From contig JAWLHY010000002.1 in the NCBI GenBank assembly GCA_041690135.1, positions 720,342-784,341 on the forward strand: a stretch of DNA of 64,000 bases, written 5' to 3'. This DNA is from Armatimonadota bacterium. Lineage in GTDB: Bacteria > Armatimonadota > SYMT01. The notes under the pieces were generated by a model. That model saw only the letters and a program-made list of their open reading frames with translations, was not told where the DNA came from and made no database searches. The position numbers and the translations under genes are program-made. Shown one piece after another: positions 22,177 to 32,659 of this stretch; position 1 is the stretch's first letter, and every line of letters begins with the position of its first letter.

Positions 22177-25100
22177 GCGACGCGGAACGGAACGAAGGCC
22201 GCAGGAGCCATCGCCAGCGCGTGCGGCGCGTCACCCAGCGGGTGGCGGCGGTCCGGGCCGGCTTGAGTAGCCTCGCCATCCGGAGACCGGTCGGCACGCT
22301 GATGCTGACGCTCACGCTGATGGTCCTGGGCCTGTTCTACCTCTTCCGGCTGAACGTCGACCTGCTGCCCTCCATCACCTACCCGCGGATCGGAGTCCGG
22401 ATCTCCGCGCCCGGTGTCGCCCCGGAAGTGGCGGTGGAGGAGATCACGCGTCCCCTCGAGGAGGCGCTGTCCGCTACCGAGGGTGTGACCCAGGTCTTCT
22501 CGCAGACGCGCGAGGGGCAGGCCAGCGTCGACCTCTACTTCCATCCGGGCAGCGACATCGACCAAGCCCTGAACGACGCGACGGCCGCAGTGAACCGCGC
22601 TCGGGGCAGCCTCCCGGATACGGTGGAGCAACCGCGACTGTTCAAAGTCGATCCTTCCCAGTTACCGGTGATGGAGTTCGCGCTGACCTCGCCGCAGTTG
22701 GAGGGGAAGGAGCTCCGGGTCTTCGCGGAGGAGGAGTTGGCCCGGGAACTGGCGGTGGTGCCCGGCGTGGCCTCCGTCGATGTATCCGGGGGCGAGCGAG
22801 AAGAGGTGCAGGTCAACATCGACCTGGATCGGCTCCAGGCGGTGGGAGTGGGGCTCAGCCAGGTGCTGGCGACCCTGCGGGCCGAGAACCAGGACGTTTC
22901 GGGCGGCCGGCTGGAGGGGCAGCGTTCGGAGTCGCTGACCCGCACCGTAGGCCGTTTCCGCAGCGCCCTGGAGATCGAGAACCTCTCTTTTCCCGTAGAG
23001 AGTGCCGGCACGGCGACCGGCTTCGGCCGGCAGCGCGTGTACCTGCGGGAGTTCGCCACCGTCGTGGACGGGACAGAGGACCAGCGGGTCTTCGTGACTC
23101 TCAACCGCAACCCGGCGGTGAAGGTGAGTATTCAGAAGCAGCCGGAAGCCAACACGGTGGAAGTGGTGCGCGCGGTGCAGGTGCGCATCGCCGCCCTGCG
23201 CACCTCCGGCCTGATTCCCGAGGGCGCGGAACTGGTGACGACGCTGGACGAGGCGCGTTTCATTAACCGCTCGATCCAGGACGTGGCCTATTCCGCCCTG
23301 ATCGGGGCGCTACTGGCGGGCGGAGCCGTGCTGCTCTTCCTCGGATCGGTACGCCAGACGCTGATTGTGATCCTGGCGATCCCCGTCGGCAGCCTGATCG
23401 CCGTCGTGTTGATGGGGCTGTTTGGGCTCTCCATCAACCTCTTCAGCCTGGGCGGACTGGCGGTGGGCATCGGCGCGGTGGATAGCTGTATCGTGGTCCT
23501 CGAAAACATCGTGCGGGGGAGTGCCGAGCGACGGGCGGCCCTCGATACAGAGGCTGCGGCGGACCCCACCCTGCCGGACGGGGCGGCGCTGGGCCCGGAG
23601 CGGCTGGAACAGGTCTCCATCGAACGCGCGGGCGAGCTGGAGTCGGCACTCGTCGCGTCCACGACCACGAACCTGATGGCGGTGCTGCCGTTCCTCTTGA
23701 TCGGCGGCTTCGTCGCCCTGCTCTTCAACGAGTTGATCCTCACCGTCGCGTTCACGGTGGCCGCCGCGCTGCTGACCTCGCTTACCCTGGTCCCCACCGT
23801 CGCCTCCCGCCTCCTGGCGATTCCGCGCAGCAGCGGGTTGAAGGACTGGGCGCCGGTCCGTGCCTTCAACCGCGGGTTCGAGCGAGTCTCCAACGGGTAC
23901 GGTCAGGCGCTCCGCCTAGCCCTGGACCACCGCGGGTTGTTGCTGCTGGCGGCCTTCGGCGGGTTGGGGGCGGTCACCCTGCTGCTGTTCCCGCGGATTC
24001 CGACGGAGATCCTGCCGCGGATGGGCACGGGGCAGGCCCGACTGATCGCGCAGCTCCCACCGGGAACGCCGCTGGAGACGAGCCGCCGGATCATGGAGGT
24101 CGTGGACGACATCCTGCTGGCGCAGCCGGAGACGCGGTATGCCTTCACCACGGTTGGAGGCTTCCTTTTCGGCAGCAACACCTCCGAGAATCCGCTGCGG
24201 GCCTCGACCACCCTCACGCTGGCCGAGGGAACGGACGTGGAAGCCTATGTCGCGCGGGTAAACCGGGAGATGGCCCGGTTGAACCTGGTGGACGTCCGCC
24301 TGCGCCTCGCGCCCGAGCAGATACGCGGCCTGATCACCAGCAATAGCCCGGTGCGTGGCGCCGAGATCGACGTGATCCTGCAGGGGACCGACGACCGCCT
24401 CCTGGAAGAGGGGGGCCGGCAACTCCTGGCCGCGCTCGATGCCCAGGCCAAGCTTTCCGAGTTTCGACCGGATGCCGACCCGGTGCAGCCGGAGGTGCAG
24501 ATCCGGCGGGACCGGGAGCGCGCCGCCGCCCTGGGTCTCTCCTCGCAGGTGATCGGGGAAACGATCGCCACGGCGGTGGAAGGAAGCATTCCGACCCAGC
24601 TCCAGCGGGGAGAGCGCCTCATCGACGTGCGAGTTCGGTTGAACCCCGAGGCGATCCGCAGCACGGCCCAACTGGCGCGCCTGCCGCTGTTCGTGGGCGG
24701 AGGACGCCAGGTCCGGCTATCCGACGTGGCGACCCTGGAGAGCGGCCGGACGTCGGGGCAGATCCAGCGGATCAACCAGCGCGACGTCTTCGTCCTCGCC
24801 GGCAACCTGACGGAGGGCGCCAGCCTGGGAGAGGCGTTGGCGGAAGTGGAGCGCATCGTGCGCCAGGTGGAGCTGCCACCGGGAGTGACGGTGCTGCCCT
24901 CCACGGCGGCCCAGAGCAGCCGCGAGCTTCAGTCTTCCCTGCTCCTGCTGGGTGGTTTGGGAATCTTCCTGGTCTTCACGATCATGGCTGTCCAGTACGA
25001 CTCCCTCATCGACCCGCTGGTGATCTTGTTCACCGTGCCGCTGGCGTTGGCCGGCGGGGTGATCGGCCTCTGGCTCACCGGCACGCCCCTGGGCGCGACC

Positions 25101-25523
25101 GTGCTGATCGGGGTGGTGCTGCTGATCGGCGTCATCGTGGGCAACGGCATCATCCTGGTGGAGCTGGCCAACCAGATCCGGGAGCGAGACGGTATCGACC
25201 GCCGGGAAGCGATGCTCCTGGCGGCGCCCGCCCGCCTCCGCCCGATCACCATGACCACCGTCATTGCGGTGCTCGGCCTGTTGCCGCTGGCGCTGGGCTA
25301 CGGCGAGGGCACGGAACTGCTGCAGCCGCTGGGGATCACCGTGTTTGCCGGTCTTTCCCTGGGCACCGTGTTGACCCTGTTCGTGGTGCCGTCGCTCTAT
25401 CTGACCCTCCACGATCTGTTCCGCTGGAATCCCTTCGCGGGGCGGGAAGGCGGCGAGGTAGTTGCCGGGTCGTCCGTGGGCGCGGATAAGCCAAGGGTCT
25501 CCGCGCCCACCGGCGCGGAGTAG
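22173..25523 (+). CDS. RND efflux permease (AcrB/AcrD/AcrF family)
   Basis: AIRRPVGT, VDLLPSITYP, SINLFSLGGL, ARLRPITMTT, LTLFVVP; ATGA overlap with the adaptor gene. Confidence 0.95.
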   Translation: MSDAERNEGRRSHRQRVRRVTQRVAAVRAGLSSLAIRRPVGTLMLTLTLMVLGLFYLFRLNVDLLPSITYPRIGVRISAPGVAPEVAVEEITRPLEEALSATEGVTQVFSQTREGQASVDLYFHPGSDIDQALNDATAAVNRARGSLPDTVEQPRLFKVDPSQLPVMEFALTSPQLEGKELRVFAEEELARELAVVPGVASVDVSGGEREEVQVNIDLDRLQAVGVGLSQVLATLRAENQDVSGGRLEGQRSESLTRTVGRFRSALEIENLSFPVESAGTATGFGRQRVYLREFATVVDGTEDQRVFVTLNRNPAVKVSIQKQPEANTVEVVRAVQVRIAALRTSGLIPEGAELVTTLDEARFINRSIQDVAYSALIGALLAGGAVLLFLGSVRQTLIVILAIPVGSLIAVVLMGLFGLSINLFSLGGLAVGIGAVDSCIVVLENIVRGSAERRAALDTEAAADPTLPDGAALGPERLEQVSIERAGELESALVASTTTNLMAVLPFLLIGGFVALLFNELILTVAFTVAAALLTSLTLVPTVASRLLAIPRSSGLKDWAPVRAFNRGFERVSNGYGQALRLALDHRGLLLLAAFGGLGAVTLLLFPRIPTEILPRMGTGQARLIAQLPPGTPLETSRRIMEVVDDILLAQPETRYAFTTVGGFLFGSNTSENPLRASTTLTLAEGTDVEAYVARVNREMARLNLVDVRLRLAPEQIRGLITSNSPVRGAEIDVILQGTDDRLLEEGGRQLLAALDAQAKLSEFRPDADPVQPEVQIRRDRERAAALGLSSQVIGETIATAVEGSIPTQLQRGERLIDVRVRLNPEAIRSTAQLARLPLFVGGGRQVRLSDVATLESGRTSGQIQRINQRDVFVLAGNLTEGASLGEALAEVERIVRQVELPPGVTVLPSTAAQSSRELQSSLLLLGGLGIFLVFTIMAVQYDSLIDPLVILFTVPLALAGGVIGLWLTGTPLGATVLIGVVLLIGVIVGNGIILVELANQIRERDGIDRREAMLLAAPARLRPITMTTVIAVLGLLPLALGYGEGTELLQPLGITVFAGLSLGTVLTLFVVPSLYLTLHDLFRWNPFAGREGGEVVAGSSVGADKPRVSAPTGAE

Positions 25524-25699
25524 TGGGGTGGGGACCGGTCAGACCTGGAGATTATTGCGGCGGAGGCCTAAGCGAAATATAAAAATACAACATCTTGGGG
25601 TCTTGAGTCGCTGTATTCTTGATTTGCAGTGTTGCGCCTGCCGGCTTCGCTCGGCAAGCGGATAGTAAGTCTCACCGCAGAGATATTGGAGATCCCCAC

Positions 25700-26413
25700 A
25701 TGATCGGTCGCCTCAAGGCGCGCGGGTTTACTCTCATCGAGCTTCTCGTTGTAATTGCCATCATAGCAATCCTCGCCGCCATCCTGTTCCCCGTGTTCGC
25801 TCGCGCCCGTGAAGCTGCGCGGGCAAGCTCCTGTCGCAGTAACCTGAAGCAGATCGGCACCGGAATGCTGATGTATGCACAGGATTACGATGAACAGCTC
25901 GGGCACAGCTGGATCAACAGCCCGAACAACAACAGCTGGAAGCACTACCTCCAGCCGTACCTCAAGAACCAGGGCATCTATATCTGCCCCTCTTCACCCA
26001 CCCGGTTCACTCCGAACACCTTTGGATCGAACTACGGTTTCTACACGGCGCTGAACCGGCGAACCCTGGCCGACATCCAGGTTCCCGCGGGTACCGTGAT
26101 GTTCTGCGATTCCTCGAACACCAATAAGCCCGACCCGGCCAACCCGGAGACGTGGACGGAAACGTCGAGCACGGACTGGGAAGTCGGTTACAACCGGGTA
26201 TTCACCGGTACTCCTCCCGGAGGCTGCTGCAGCGGCGACACGAACCGTCTCGCTATTGGGCGACATAGCGGCATGTGCAACGTGGCCTACGCCGATGGGC
26301 ATGTGAAGGCGGTGCAGATCAAGCGGCTGCTCGGGCTGCAGGGACCGTGGGCTAACGGCCAGGCGAACGGCTATCCGGTCCAGCACCCGGACAACGAGTG
26401 GGATAACTACTAG
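25700..26413 (+). CDS. DUF1559 prepilin-type N-methylation / H-X9-DG domain protein
   Basis: RG|[60 protein letters not shown]. Confidence 0.95.
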   Translation: MIGRLKARGFTLIELLVVIAIIAILAAILFPVFARAREAARASSCRSNLKQIGTGMLMYAQDYDEQLGHSWINSPNNNSWKHYLQPYLKNQGIYICPSSPTRFTPNTFGSNYGFYTALNRRTLADIQVPAGTVMFCDSSNTNKPDPANPETWTETSSTDWEVGYNRVFTGTPPGGCCSGDTNRLAIGRHSGMCNVAYADGHVKAVQIKRLLGLQGPWANGQANGYPVQHPDNEWDNY

Positions 26414-26455
26414 AGCCCAGCGACCCCGCAGTCTTGTGCTGCGGTTCCGGTTAGC

Positions 26456-26491
26456 GCTAGTGGCCGCTCCTGTAAAGGGGCGGCCACTGGC
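26456..26491 (+). terminator. Stem-loop between the pilin and TPR genes
   Basis: GCTAGTGGCCGCTCC-TGTAAA-GGGGCGGCCACTGGC. Confidence 0.6.
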
Positions 26492-26548
26492 ACTTAGCTT
26501 AGATGTTGCTCGAATTCGAAAGCGCCGCTTTGCGTATACCGGACTGGT

Positions 26549-27841
26549 ATGCCACCCTTTCGCGACAAGCCGAAGAGCCCCAAGCTGCCACTGGGCACCT
26601 CCGTATCCGTATCTCCCGTTCCGGCGACCCGGACGCGACGCCTGACCGTGTTGGGGTTTACCCTGGTCATCCTTTTAGCGGGAGCCGTGTGGGTCAACGC
26701 GGAGTCATTCCTTCGCTGGCAGTATTCACGCTGGAGCCCGGACCAACTGCTCTCCGCTTCTCTTCGGAAGCCGGAGGACCGGGTCCTCGCGCATGCCACC
26801 GTAGCGCGCCTGCTCGAAGCGGGTCGCGCCGAGGATGCACAGAAAGTGATCCTCTCACTGGCGGAAAGAGATCCGAGTGATGTGACCAGCAGTCTCCTCG
26901 CGGCACGTGCCCTGTGGCGGTCGGGCGAGCCGGACCGGGCCGGCCCCTACTTCGACCGCATCCTGAAGGCGGCACCCGCAAACGCGGAAGTGAGGTACTG
27001 GGCTGCGGAGTTCCTTTACTTCCGGGGTTATGCCGAAGCTGCCGAGGAGCTGTTGAAAGAAGTGATCGAGCTGGATCCCAAGCGCGGTGCGGCCTGGCTC
27101 CGGTTGGGAGAGATCGCCCTCAATGATGAGCACTACGCCGAGGCATTGAGGCAGTTGGACCGCGCGGAGAAGTTGGCCCCTAGTGGCGAAGTCGCCCGCG
27201 TCCGCGCACGCGCTCTCAAGAACCTCGGTCGTGTGCCCGAAGCGGAAGCCGCTGCCCGCGCGGCGGTGTTGCGGGAGCCGACAACGACGTCCTATGCCGA
27301 GTTGGGTGAACTGCTGCAGTTCATTGGGGGAGAAGAGAAACTCCGGGAGGCGCAGACGTTCTTCCTACGCTCCCTGGATCAAGATCCGACCGCAGTAGAC
27401 ACGATGAAGTTGCTGGGGATCAACTACCGGATGCTGGGGGATCACCGCGCTGCGATCCGGATCCTGCGCCGGGCACTCCGCGCGGCTCCAGCCATGTCGG
27501 AGGGCTATCTCTTGCTGGGACAGTCTTACCAGTCGCTGGGAGATGTTCAACGGGCCCGGCGCTGCCTGCTGATCTATGATCGTCTGGAGCCCCTGGAGAC
27601 CCGCGTGAACGCCGCTCTCTACGCCGCTAACATTAGCCGTGGCTCGCTTCCTCACCAGATCCGCCTGGTTCGAGCGTACTTGCAAGCCGGGCGACAGGAC
27701 CTGGCCCGGGAGACTTTGGAGCGCGTCCGTCGCAAGCATCCGGAGGACCCTGCGATCGCCCGGCTGCTCCGGGAAGCGGAAGGTCCGCCGACCCTCCACA
27801 TTGAGCCGCTGCCAGCGGACCCGGAGCACGACTCACTATGA
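26549..27841 (+). CDS. Membrane-anchored TPR protein
   Basis: N-terminal TM followed by multiple TPR-like helical repeats (AWLRLGEIAL, GYLLLGQSY). Confidence 0.9.
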   Translation: MPPFRDKPKSPKLPLGTSVSVSPVPATRTRRLTVLGFTLVILLAGAVWVNAESFLRWQYSRWSPDQLLSASLRKPEDRVLAHATVARLLEAGRAEDAQKVILSLAERDPSDVTSSLLAARALWRSGEPDRAGPYFDRILKAAPANAEVRYWAAEFLYFRGYAEAAEELLKEVIELDPKRGAAWLRLGEIALNDEHYAEALRQLDRAEKLAPSGEVARVRARALKNLGRVPEAEAAARAAVLREPTTTSYAELGELLQFIGGEEKLREAQTFFLRSLDQDPTAVDTMKLLGINYRMLGDHRAAIRILRRALRAAPAMSEGYLLLGQSYQSLGDVQRARRCLLIYDRLEPLETRVNAALYAANISRGSLPHQIRLVRAYLQAGRQDLARETLERVRRKHPEDPAIARLLREAEGPPTLHIEPLPADPEHDSL

Positions 27842-29499
27842 AAGCTGCCGTTAACCTGCGGAGCCCGGTTCTCCTCGTTCTCTCCGGGCTTACTGTTCTC
27901 AGTGGGTGTGGGACTCCGACAGCGCCTGCCGAGCCCGCAGCGTCGAGATCAGCGCCAGCGAGCGCGGAGGTTCGCTTCCGGGACGTGGCTGAGGAGTGCG
28001 GCATCACCTTTGTTTGCGGCATCACGGATGAGACTCCGCTCAACATCACGCGGATGGTCTCCGGCGGCGCGGGATTTCTGGACTACGATCAGGATGGGTG
28101 GCCGGATCTCGTACTCGCGGGAGTCAAGGGAGTCCGTCTCTATCAGAACCAGGAGGGGAAGACGTTCCGCGACGTCTCGAGCGGCAGCGGCCTGGACCGC
28201 ATCTCCGGCGAACCCCAGGGAGTGGCGTCGGGAGACTTTGATGGGGATATGCTTCCGGACCTGCTCATCACCCGGTACGACGGTGTTGCGCTGATGCGCA
28301 ACCTGGGCCGCGGTCGCTTTGCAAACGTCACCGAGCGGGCGAGCCTGGATCTCCGCGGCTGGACCACCAGCGCGAGTTTTGCTGATGTGAACGGGGATGG
28401 GCGACTGGACCTGTATATAGGTCGCTATGTGCGTTTCGAACCGGGAATGCCGGAGTATCAGCAGGACGGGGACGCAATGCTGGCATTGGGACCGGATGCC
28501 TACCCGCCGCTGCAAGGCGCCCTCTACCTGAACCTGGGGAACGGGAAGTTTCGGGAGGCTACCCGCGACGCGGGTATGGCTGATGCCCACGGAAAGACCC
28601 TGGGGGTCGCCTTCGCGGACTACGACCAGGACGGCGATCAAGATCTCTACCTGGCGAATGACCAGGCGCTGGGGGACTTTTACCTGAACGACGGAAAGGG
28701 CCGCTTCCGCAATGTCGCCGTGGAGAACGGTACGGCGGCTTCGGTCAGTGGCCGGAGACAGGCAGGGATGGGCGTGGACTGGGGGGACTACGACGGTGAT
28801 GCCCGCTTCGACCTGATCGTCGCCACATTCTACAATGAGCCCAAGAGCCTCTATCACCAGGATGCAGGCGCCGTGTTTTCCGAGCGCGGCCAGACCGCCG
28901 GATTGCTGCGGAGCGTGCTGCGGGGTACAGCCTTTGGCGTGGCCTTTGAGGACTGGAACAACGATGGCGCCGTGGACCTGATGGTGGCCAATGGGCACGT
29001 TCAGGATCAGTTGGATCGGGTCGATCCCGACACTGGCTATCGTCAGGCGACACAGGTCTTCCTCAATGACCAGCGTAGCTTCCGCGAAGTCTCCGCGGCC
29101 GCGGGGCCTGCCTTCGCGCAAAAGATCGTCGGCCGCGCCCTGGCTGCGGCGGACTTCGACCGGGACGGTCGCCGGGACGCGGTGGTGGCGAATTTTGCCG
29201 GCCGGCCGCTCCTGCTCCGCAACGAAAGCGCGGCGGGACACTGGATCACCTTCCGCCTGCAGGGCAAGGGTGCCAACCGCCAGGGGGTGGGTGCGGTGAT
29301 CACGGTCGAAAGCGGCGGGCGCCGGCAGGTGTGCTCGGTGCAAACGGGACGGAGCTATCTTTCCGCGTTCCCGCCGGAGGCACACTTCGGGCTGGGAGCG
29401 GAGACGGAAGCGACGGCCGAAATCCGCTGGCCGGATGGCTCGGTCCAACGCGTGGCGAATCTCAAGTTGGACGCGGTCAACGAGATCGAGCAGCAGTAG
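27838..29499 (+). CDS. CRTAC1 family (FG-GAP/VCBS + ASPIC/UnbV) lipoprotein
   Basis: LSGC lipobox; repeated DYDQDGWPDL / DVNGDGRLDL motifs; C-terminal GRSYLS...HFGLG...IRWPDG. Confidence 0.93.
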   Translation: MKAAVNLRSPVLLVLSGLTVLSGCGTPTAPAEPAASRSAPASAEVRFRDVAEECGITFVCGITDETPLNITRMVSGGAGFLDYDQDGWPDLVLAGVKGVRLYQNQEGKTFRDVSSGSGLDRISGEPQGVASGDFDGDMLPDLLITRYDGVALMRNLGRGRFANVTERASLDLRGWTTSASFADVNGDGRLDLYIGRYVRFEPGMPEYQQDGDAMLALGPDAYPPLQGALYLNLGNGKFREATRDAGMADAHGKTLGVAFADYDQDGDQDLYLANDQALGDFYLNDGKGRFRNVAVENGTAASVSGRRQAGMGVDWGDYDGDARFDLIVATFYNEPKSLYHQDAGAVFSERGQTAGLLRSVLRGTAFGVAFEDWNNDGAVDLMVANGHVQDQLDRVDPDTGYRQATQVFLNDQRSFREVSAAAGPAFAQKIVGRALAAADFDRDGRRDAVVANFAGRPLLLRNESAAGHWITFRLQGKGANRQGVGAVITVESGGRRQVCSVQTGRSYLSAFPPEAHFGLGAETEATAEIRWPDGSVQRVANLKLDAVNEIEQQ

Positions 29500-29501
29500 C
29501 C

Positions 29502-31202
29502 ATGGCTCCCAGCGAAGAAAGGACAGGGGCAGACCCGGCCACCGATCCAGCAGAAGGGCGAAAGCCGGTGTGGGGGATGTGGCCGGCGTGGAAGGTCGCC
29601 GAAGCGCTCCTTTTTCTGGTCGCGGCGGTGGCGACCGCCGCTCTGCTTTTTGCGGGTCCGGTCCTGGTTCGAGACCCGGATGAGCTGTACCACTTCCGGC
29701 ATGCGGCGCTTTATGCGCAGCGCGGGCTCCTTTTCAGCGAGTTTCCCTGGACCGCCTTTTCGATCATCGGCACGGCCAATGCCGACCTGTGGTATGGCTT
29801 TCACCTGTTCCTCCTTCCGTTCACGCTGGGCACGGATCCGGTTGAGGGCATGCGGTACGCGGGGATCGCGATCCTCGCCAGTTCCCTGACCCTGACCTAC
29901 CTGGCCCTGGCTCGGGCGGGAATCGCCTATCCCTTTGTCTGGCCCTTCCTGGTTCTGTTTGCCGCTCCTCCCGCGGTGCTGCGGATGGTGATGCTCCGAC
30001 CCCACGTGCTTTCGTTGGGGCTCTTCGCCTGGCTGCTCGTTACGCTCATGCGCGGCCCCACCTGGGGGGTTTTCCTCGCGGCCTTTGCCGCTGCTTTCCT
30101 GCACCTCAATCTGGTGTGGATCGTGCTGCTTTCGACAGGCGTCGCCCTCCTGGCCCACTGGCTTCTGGAGCGGAAATGGGCATGGCGGGCGGCTGCCGCC
30201 GCGCTGGCGGGGGCGGCGGGCGGCTGGCTCCTCCGCCCCAACCCGCTCTCCGCGGCCAAACTGCTGCGGGTGCAGTTGGTGCAATGGGCCATTGAGAAAC
30301 AGCAGGGTACGCCGCTCCTGCTGGGCGGTGAGGCGCTGCCGGTCGATCCGGCCGGGCTCGTGCTCCAGTTCCTCCCGTTCCTGGGCCTCTGGTGCGGGGC
30401 GATCACCCTCCTGGTGGTGGTCTTGCTGCGGAAGCGGGAAATCTACCGCGCGCTCCCGGCACCGCAGCGTGCCTTCCTCTGGACCAGCGCAGTTCTGTCC
30501 GTGGTCTTCTTTGAAATGACGGTGCTGGTCTCGCTGCGGGCTTCGGACCAGTGGAAGCTGTTCGCCGTCCTTTTTGTCGCCGCGGTTTTCACGGCTTTCC
30601 TGCGGCCAGTTGCCCCGGGTGGGTCAATGGCTCTCGCGCCTCGGCTCCGCCGGATAATCACCGGGGTGGGGCTGGTCCTCAGTTTCATTCTGGCGGGACG
30701 GGTGCTCGCCCCGGGGGAGGAGCGCTGGCTGGCGCAGGGGTATTCGCCGGACCGGCTCCGAGGCGCGGCGGAATGGCTGCGTTATCAAAGCCAGCCGGGC
30801 GAGATCGTGTTTCACGCGCAATGGCAGGTCTTTCCGGAGTTGTTCTTCTGGAATCAGCAGAACCGGTACATCAACGGAATGGACCCGATCTTCCTTTTCG
30901 CTGCCGATGCGCGCCGTTACTGGAAGGCGCACCACCTGGCTACAGGACAGGGATCCGCATTCACCTGCGCCGCGCCCGAGTGCCCGGATGAGATCGTGGA
31001 AGATACCTACCAGGTGCTGCGCCGGGACTTCCAGGCCACGTACTTGCTGGTGGACAGAAGGAAGAGTCCTTACCTCGCGGCTTGGGCAGAGCGCGACCGT
31101 CGCCTGGAACGGGGGTTCGCTTCCGGGGAAGTGGCGATTTATCGCTTGGTGGGAGCGCCGACCGCTGCTCCCTCCGATTCCGAGACGGGCGCGCGGGACT
31201 GA
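29502..31202 (+). CDS. Polytopic membrane protein, GT-C fold glycosyltransferase-like
   Basis: DPDELYH acidic motif after TM1, about 10-12 TMs, C-terminal periplasmic domain (NGMDPIF). Confidence 0.65.
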   Translation: MAPSEERTGADPATDPAEGRKPVWGMWPAWKVAEALLFLVAAVATAALLFAGPVLVRDPDELYHFRHAALYAQRGLLFSEFPWTAFSIIGTANADLWYGFHLFLLPFTLGTDPVEGMRYAGIAILASSLTLTYLALARAGIAYPFVWPFLVLFAAPPAVLRMVMLRPHVLSLGLFAWLLVTLMRGPTWGVFLAAFAAAFLHLNLVWIVLLSTGVALLAHWLLERKWAWRAAAAALAGAAGGWLLRPNPLSAAKLLRVQLVQWAIEKQQGTPLLLGGEALPVDPAGLVLQFLPFLGLWCGAITLLVVVLLRKREIYRALPAPQRAFLWTSAVLSVVFFEMTVLVSLRASDQWKLFAVLFVAAVFTAFLRPVAPGGSMALAPRLRRIITGVGLVLSFILAGRVLAPGEERWLAQGYSPDRLRGAAEWLRYQSQPGEIVFHAQWQVFPELFFWNQQNRYINGMDPIFLFAADARRYWKAHHLATGQGSAFTCAAPECPDEIVEDTYQVLRRDFQATYLLVDRRKSPYLAAWAERDRRLERGFASGEVAIYRLVGAPTAAPSDSETGARD

Positions 31203-31487
31203 GGCTTGCGGAAATAGGCGCGCCTTCCGGAGTTTGATGGCGCTGCCTCGGCCACTCCGGGTCGCCAGGGCCGTTCAGGCAGTGCGGGGTGGCTACGGGT
31301 AATGTGCCTGTAACATCGGATTGGCGGTGGCTCGCCTCTTCCCCTACCAGAGCCCGCGGGTTCTAAAACCGGTCCACTGGTCCCAGGCGCGGCAGTAACG
31401 GCGGGACCGGGGGCCCAGCATCGGCACGTAGGAGTCGGGGTTGATCTGCTCCGGGGTCACGTTCAGCAGGTTCTCCAGGAAACAGGG

Positions 31488-32045
31488 TCAGGTCCGCAAC
31501 CGCCGGAAGGTCAGGCTGACGCGTGGGCCGGTCTCCGGCTGCGCGGGGACCCCGTGCTTCCATTCCAGTTGTACCTCCGGCGGCATGTAGAGCAGGCTTC
31601 CGTGCGGCAGCGGCTGGTCGAAGGTCACGGCCTTATCGTCGATACGCCGGAACCGCAGGACTCGCTCCGCGCCGAGCGAGATGATGGCGACCCCCGTTCC
31701 GGGCTCCAGGTCCTCCAGGGCATCTATGTGGAAGCCCATCGTGGCTTCACCGCTGGGATAGTAGTTCGCCAGGCAGTTGTTGGGTGTGAAGCCGATCCGC
31801 TCCGTCAGGGCTGCGACCACCTCCGCGAGACAATCCGGCATCGGGATTTCCGGATAGGACATGCCCGAGTAGTTGTACGGTACGCCGAAGTTGGCGGTGA
31901 GCCGGGCGCGCATCCGGGTGTCCCACTCCGTGCCGTCGCGGATGGCGGCCAGCAGCGCATCGGCGTCCTTCACGAACCGTGCCTCAAAGAGGCACTCCGG
32001 CGCTGGTAACCTGCCTGCTTCGCGGCCCAAATCCGTGTAGTTCAT
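31488..32045 (-). CDS. AlkB-like 2OG-Fe(II) dioxygenase
   Basis: NNCLANYY, HID (HxD), ISLGAER, WKHGVP, RVSLTFR. Confidence 0.92.
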   Translation of the reverse strand: MNYTDLGREAGRLPAPECLFEARFVKDADALLAAIRDGTEWDTRMRARLTANFGVPYNYSGMSYPEIPMPDCLAEVVAALTERIGFTPNNCLANYYPSGEATMGFHIDALEDLEPGTGVAIISLGAERVLRFRRIDDKAVTFDQPLPHGSLLYMPPEVQLEWKHGVPAQPETGPRVSLTFRRLRT

Positions 32046-32362
32046 GACCTGAACTCCTGTCCGACATCCGGATGGAAGAGCTCCAGGTGCCCGCACCGGG
32101 GGCAAACATACATCTCAGTGCGGACCTCGGATGCGAAGACACCGTCTCGAAGTTCCAGGTTGCTGCGCTGCAGGCGCTGCGAGCCTTCAAAGCGGAGGGG
32201 AACGGAGCATCGCAGGCAGCAGAGCTCAGCCACTTCATTCCCGGTGGAGGCGAACTCGGCACTTAGCGGAACGCCGTCCAGTGACGTTCCACACAAGCGG
32301 CAGTGGAGCCGGTCCGGCGAGTTGTCCACCTGGCACGAAGGGCAAAAAAGGTAAGCTTCCAT
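32042..32362 (-). CDS. Double zinc-ribbon protein
   Basis: CPSC, CRLC, CLRC, CPRCGHLELF; ATGA overlap with the alkB-like gene. Confidence 0.75.
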   Translation of the reverse strand: MEAYLFCPSCQVDNSPDRLHCRLCGTSLDGVPLSAEFASTGNEVAELCCLRCSVPLRFEGSQRLQRSNLELRDGVFASEVRTEMYVCPRCGHLELFHPDVGQEFRS

Positions 32363-32659
32363 CAGAAGGTAGTTCGCAAATCAGGTGTTGGGTTCCCCGC
32401 GGACTGGGGAGACATCTGCTTCGCGGGTTCCCATTCGTAGTCGTGGGGTGCCAGAACCACCTTCCACACTGCACGGCCGGTGCAAGACCACAGGCAGGCG
32501 GGGACAGCTTGCGCGTAGGGGAGCCTCCAGCCTACTTCTACAGGTGCAATGACGGAGCCCATGCAGCTCACCACGTGCCCCATTACCGCCGTGCAATGCC
32601 GGCGTGGCCAATCGAAACTTATGTTGCAAGTCATCCGTTGACGCCACCGCCACCCTTCT

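Noticed and set aside
32362-32653. Intact CDS between the antitoxin-like and zinc-ribbon genes
   Set aside because: No frame gives a recognisable protein with an RBS; possibly a degraded remnant.
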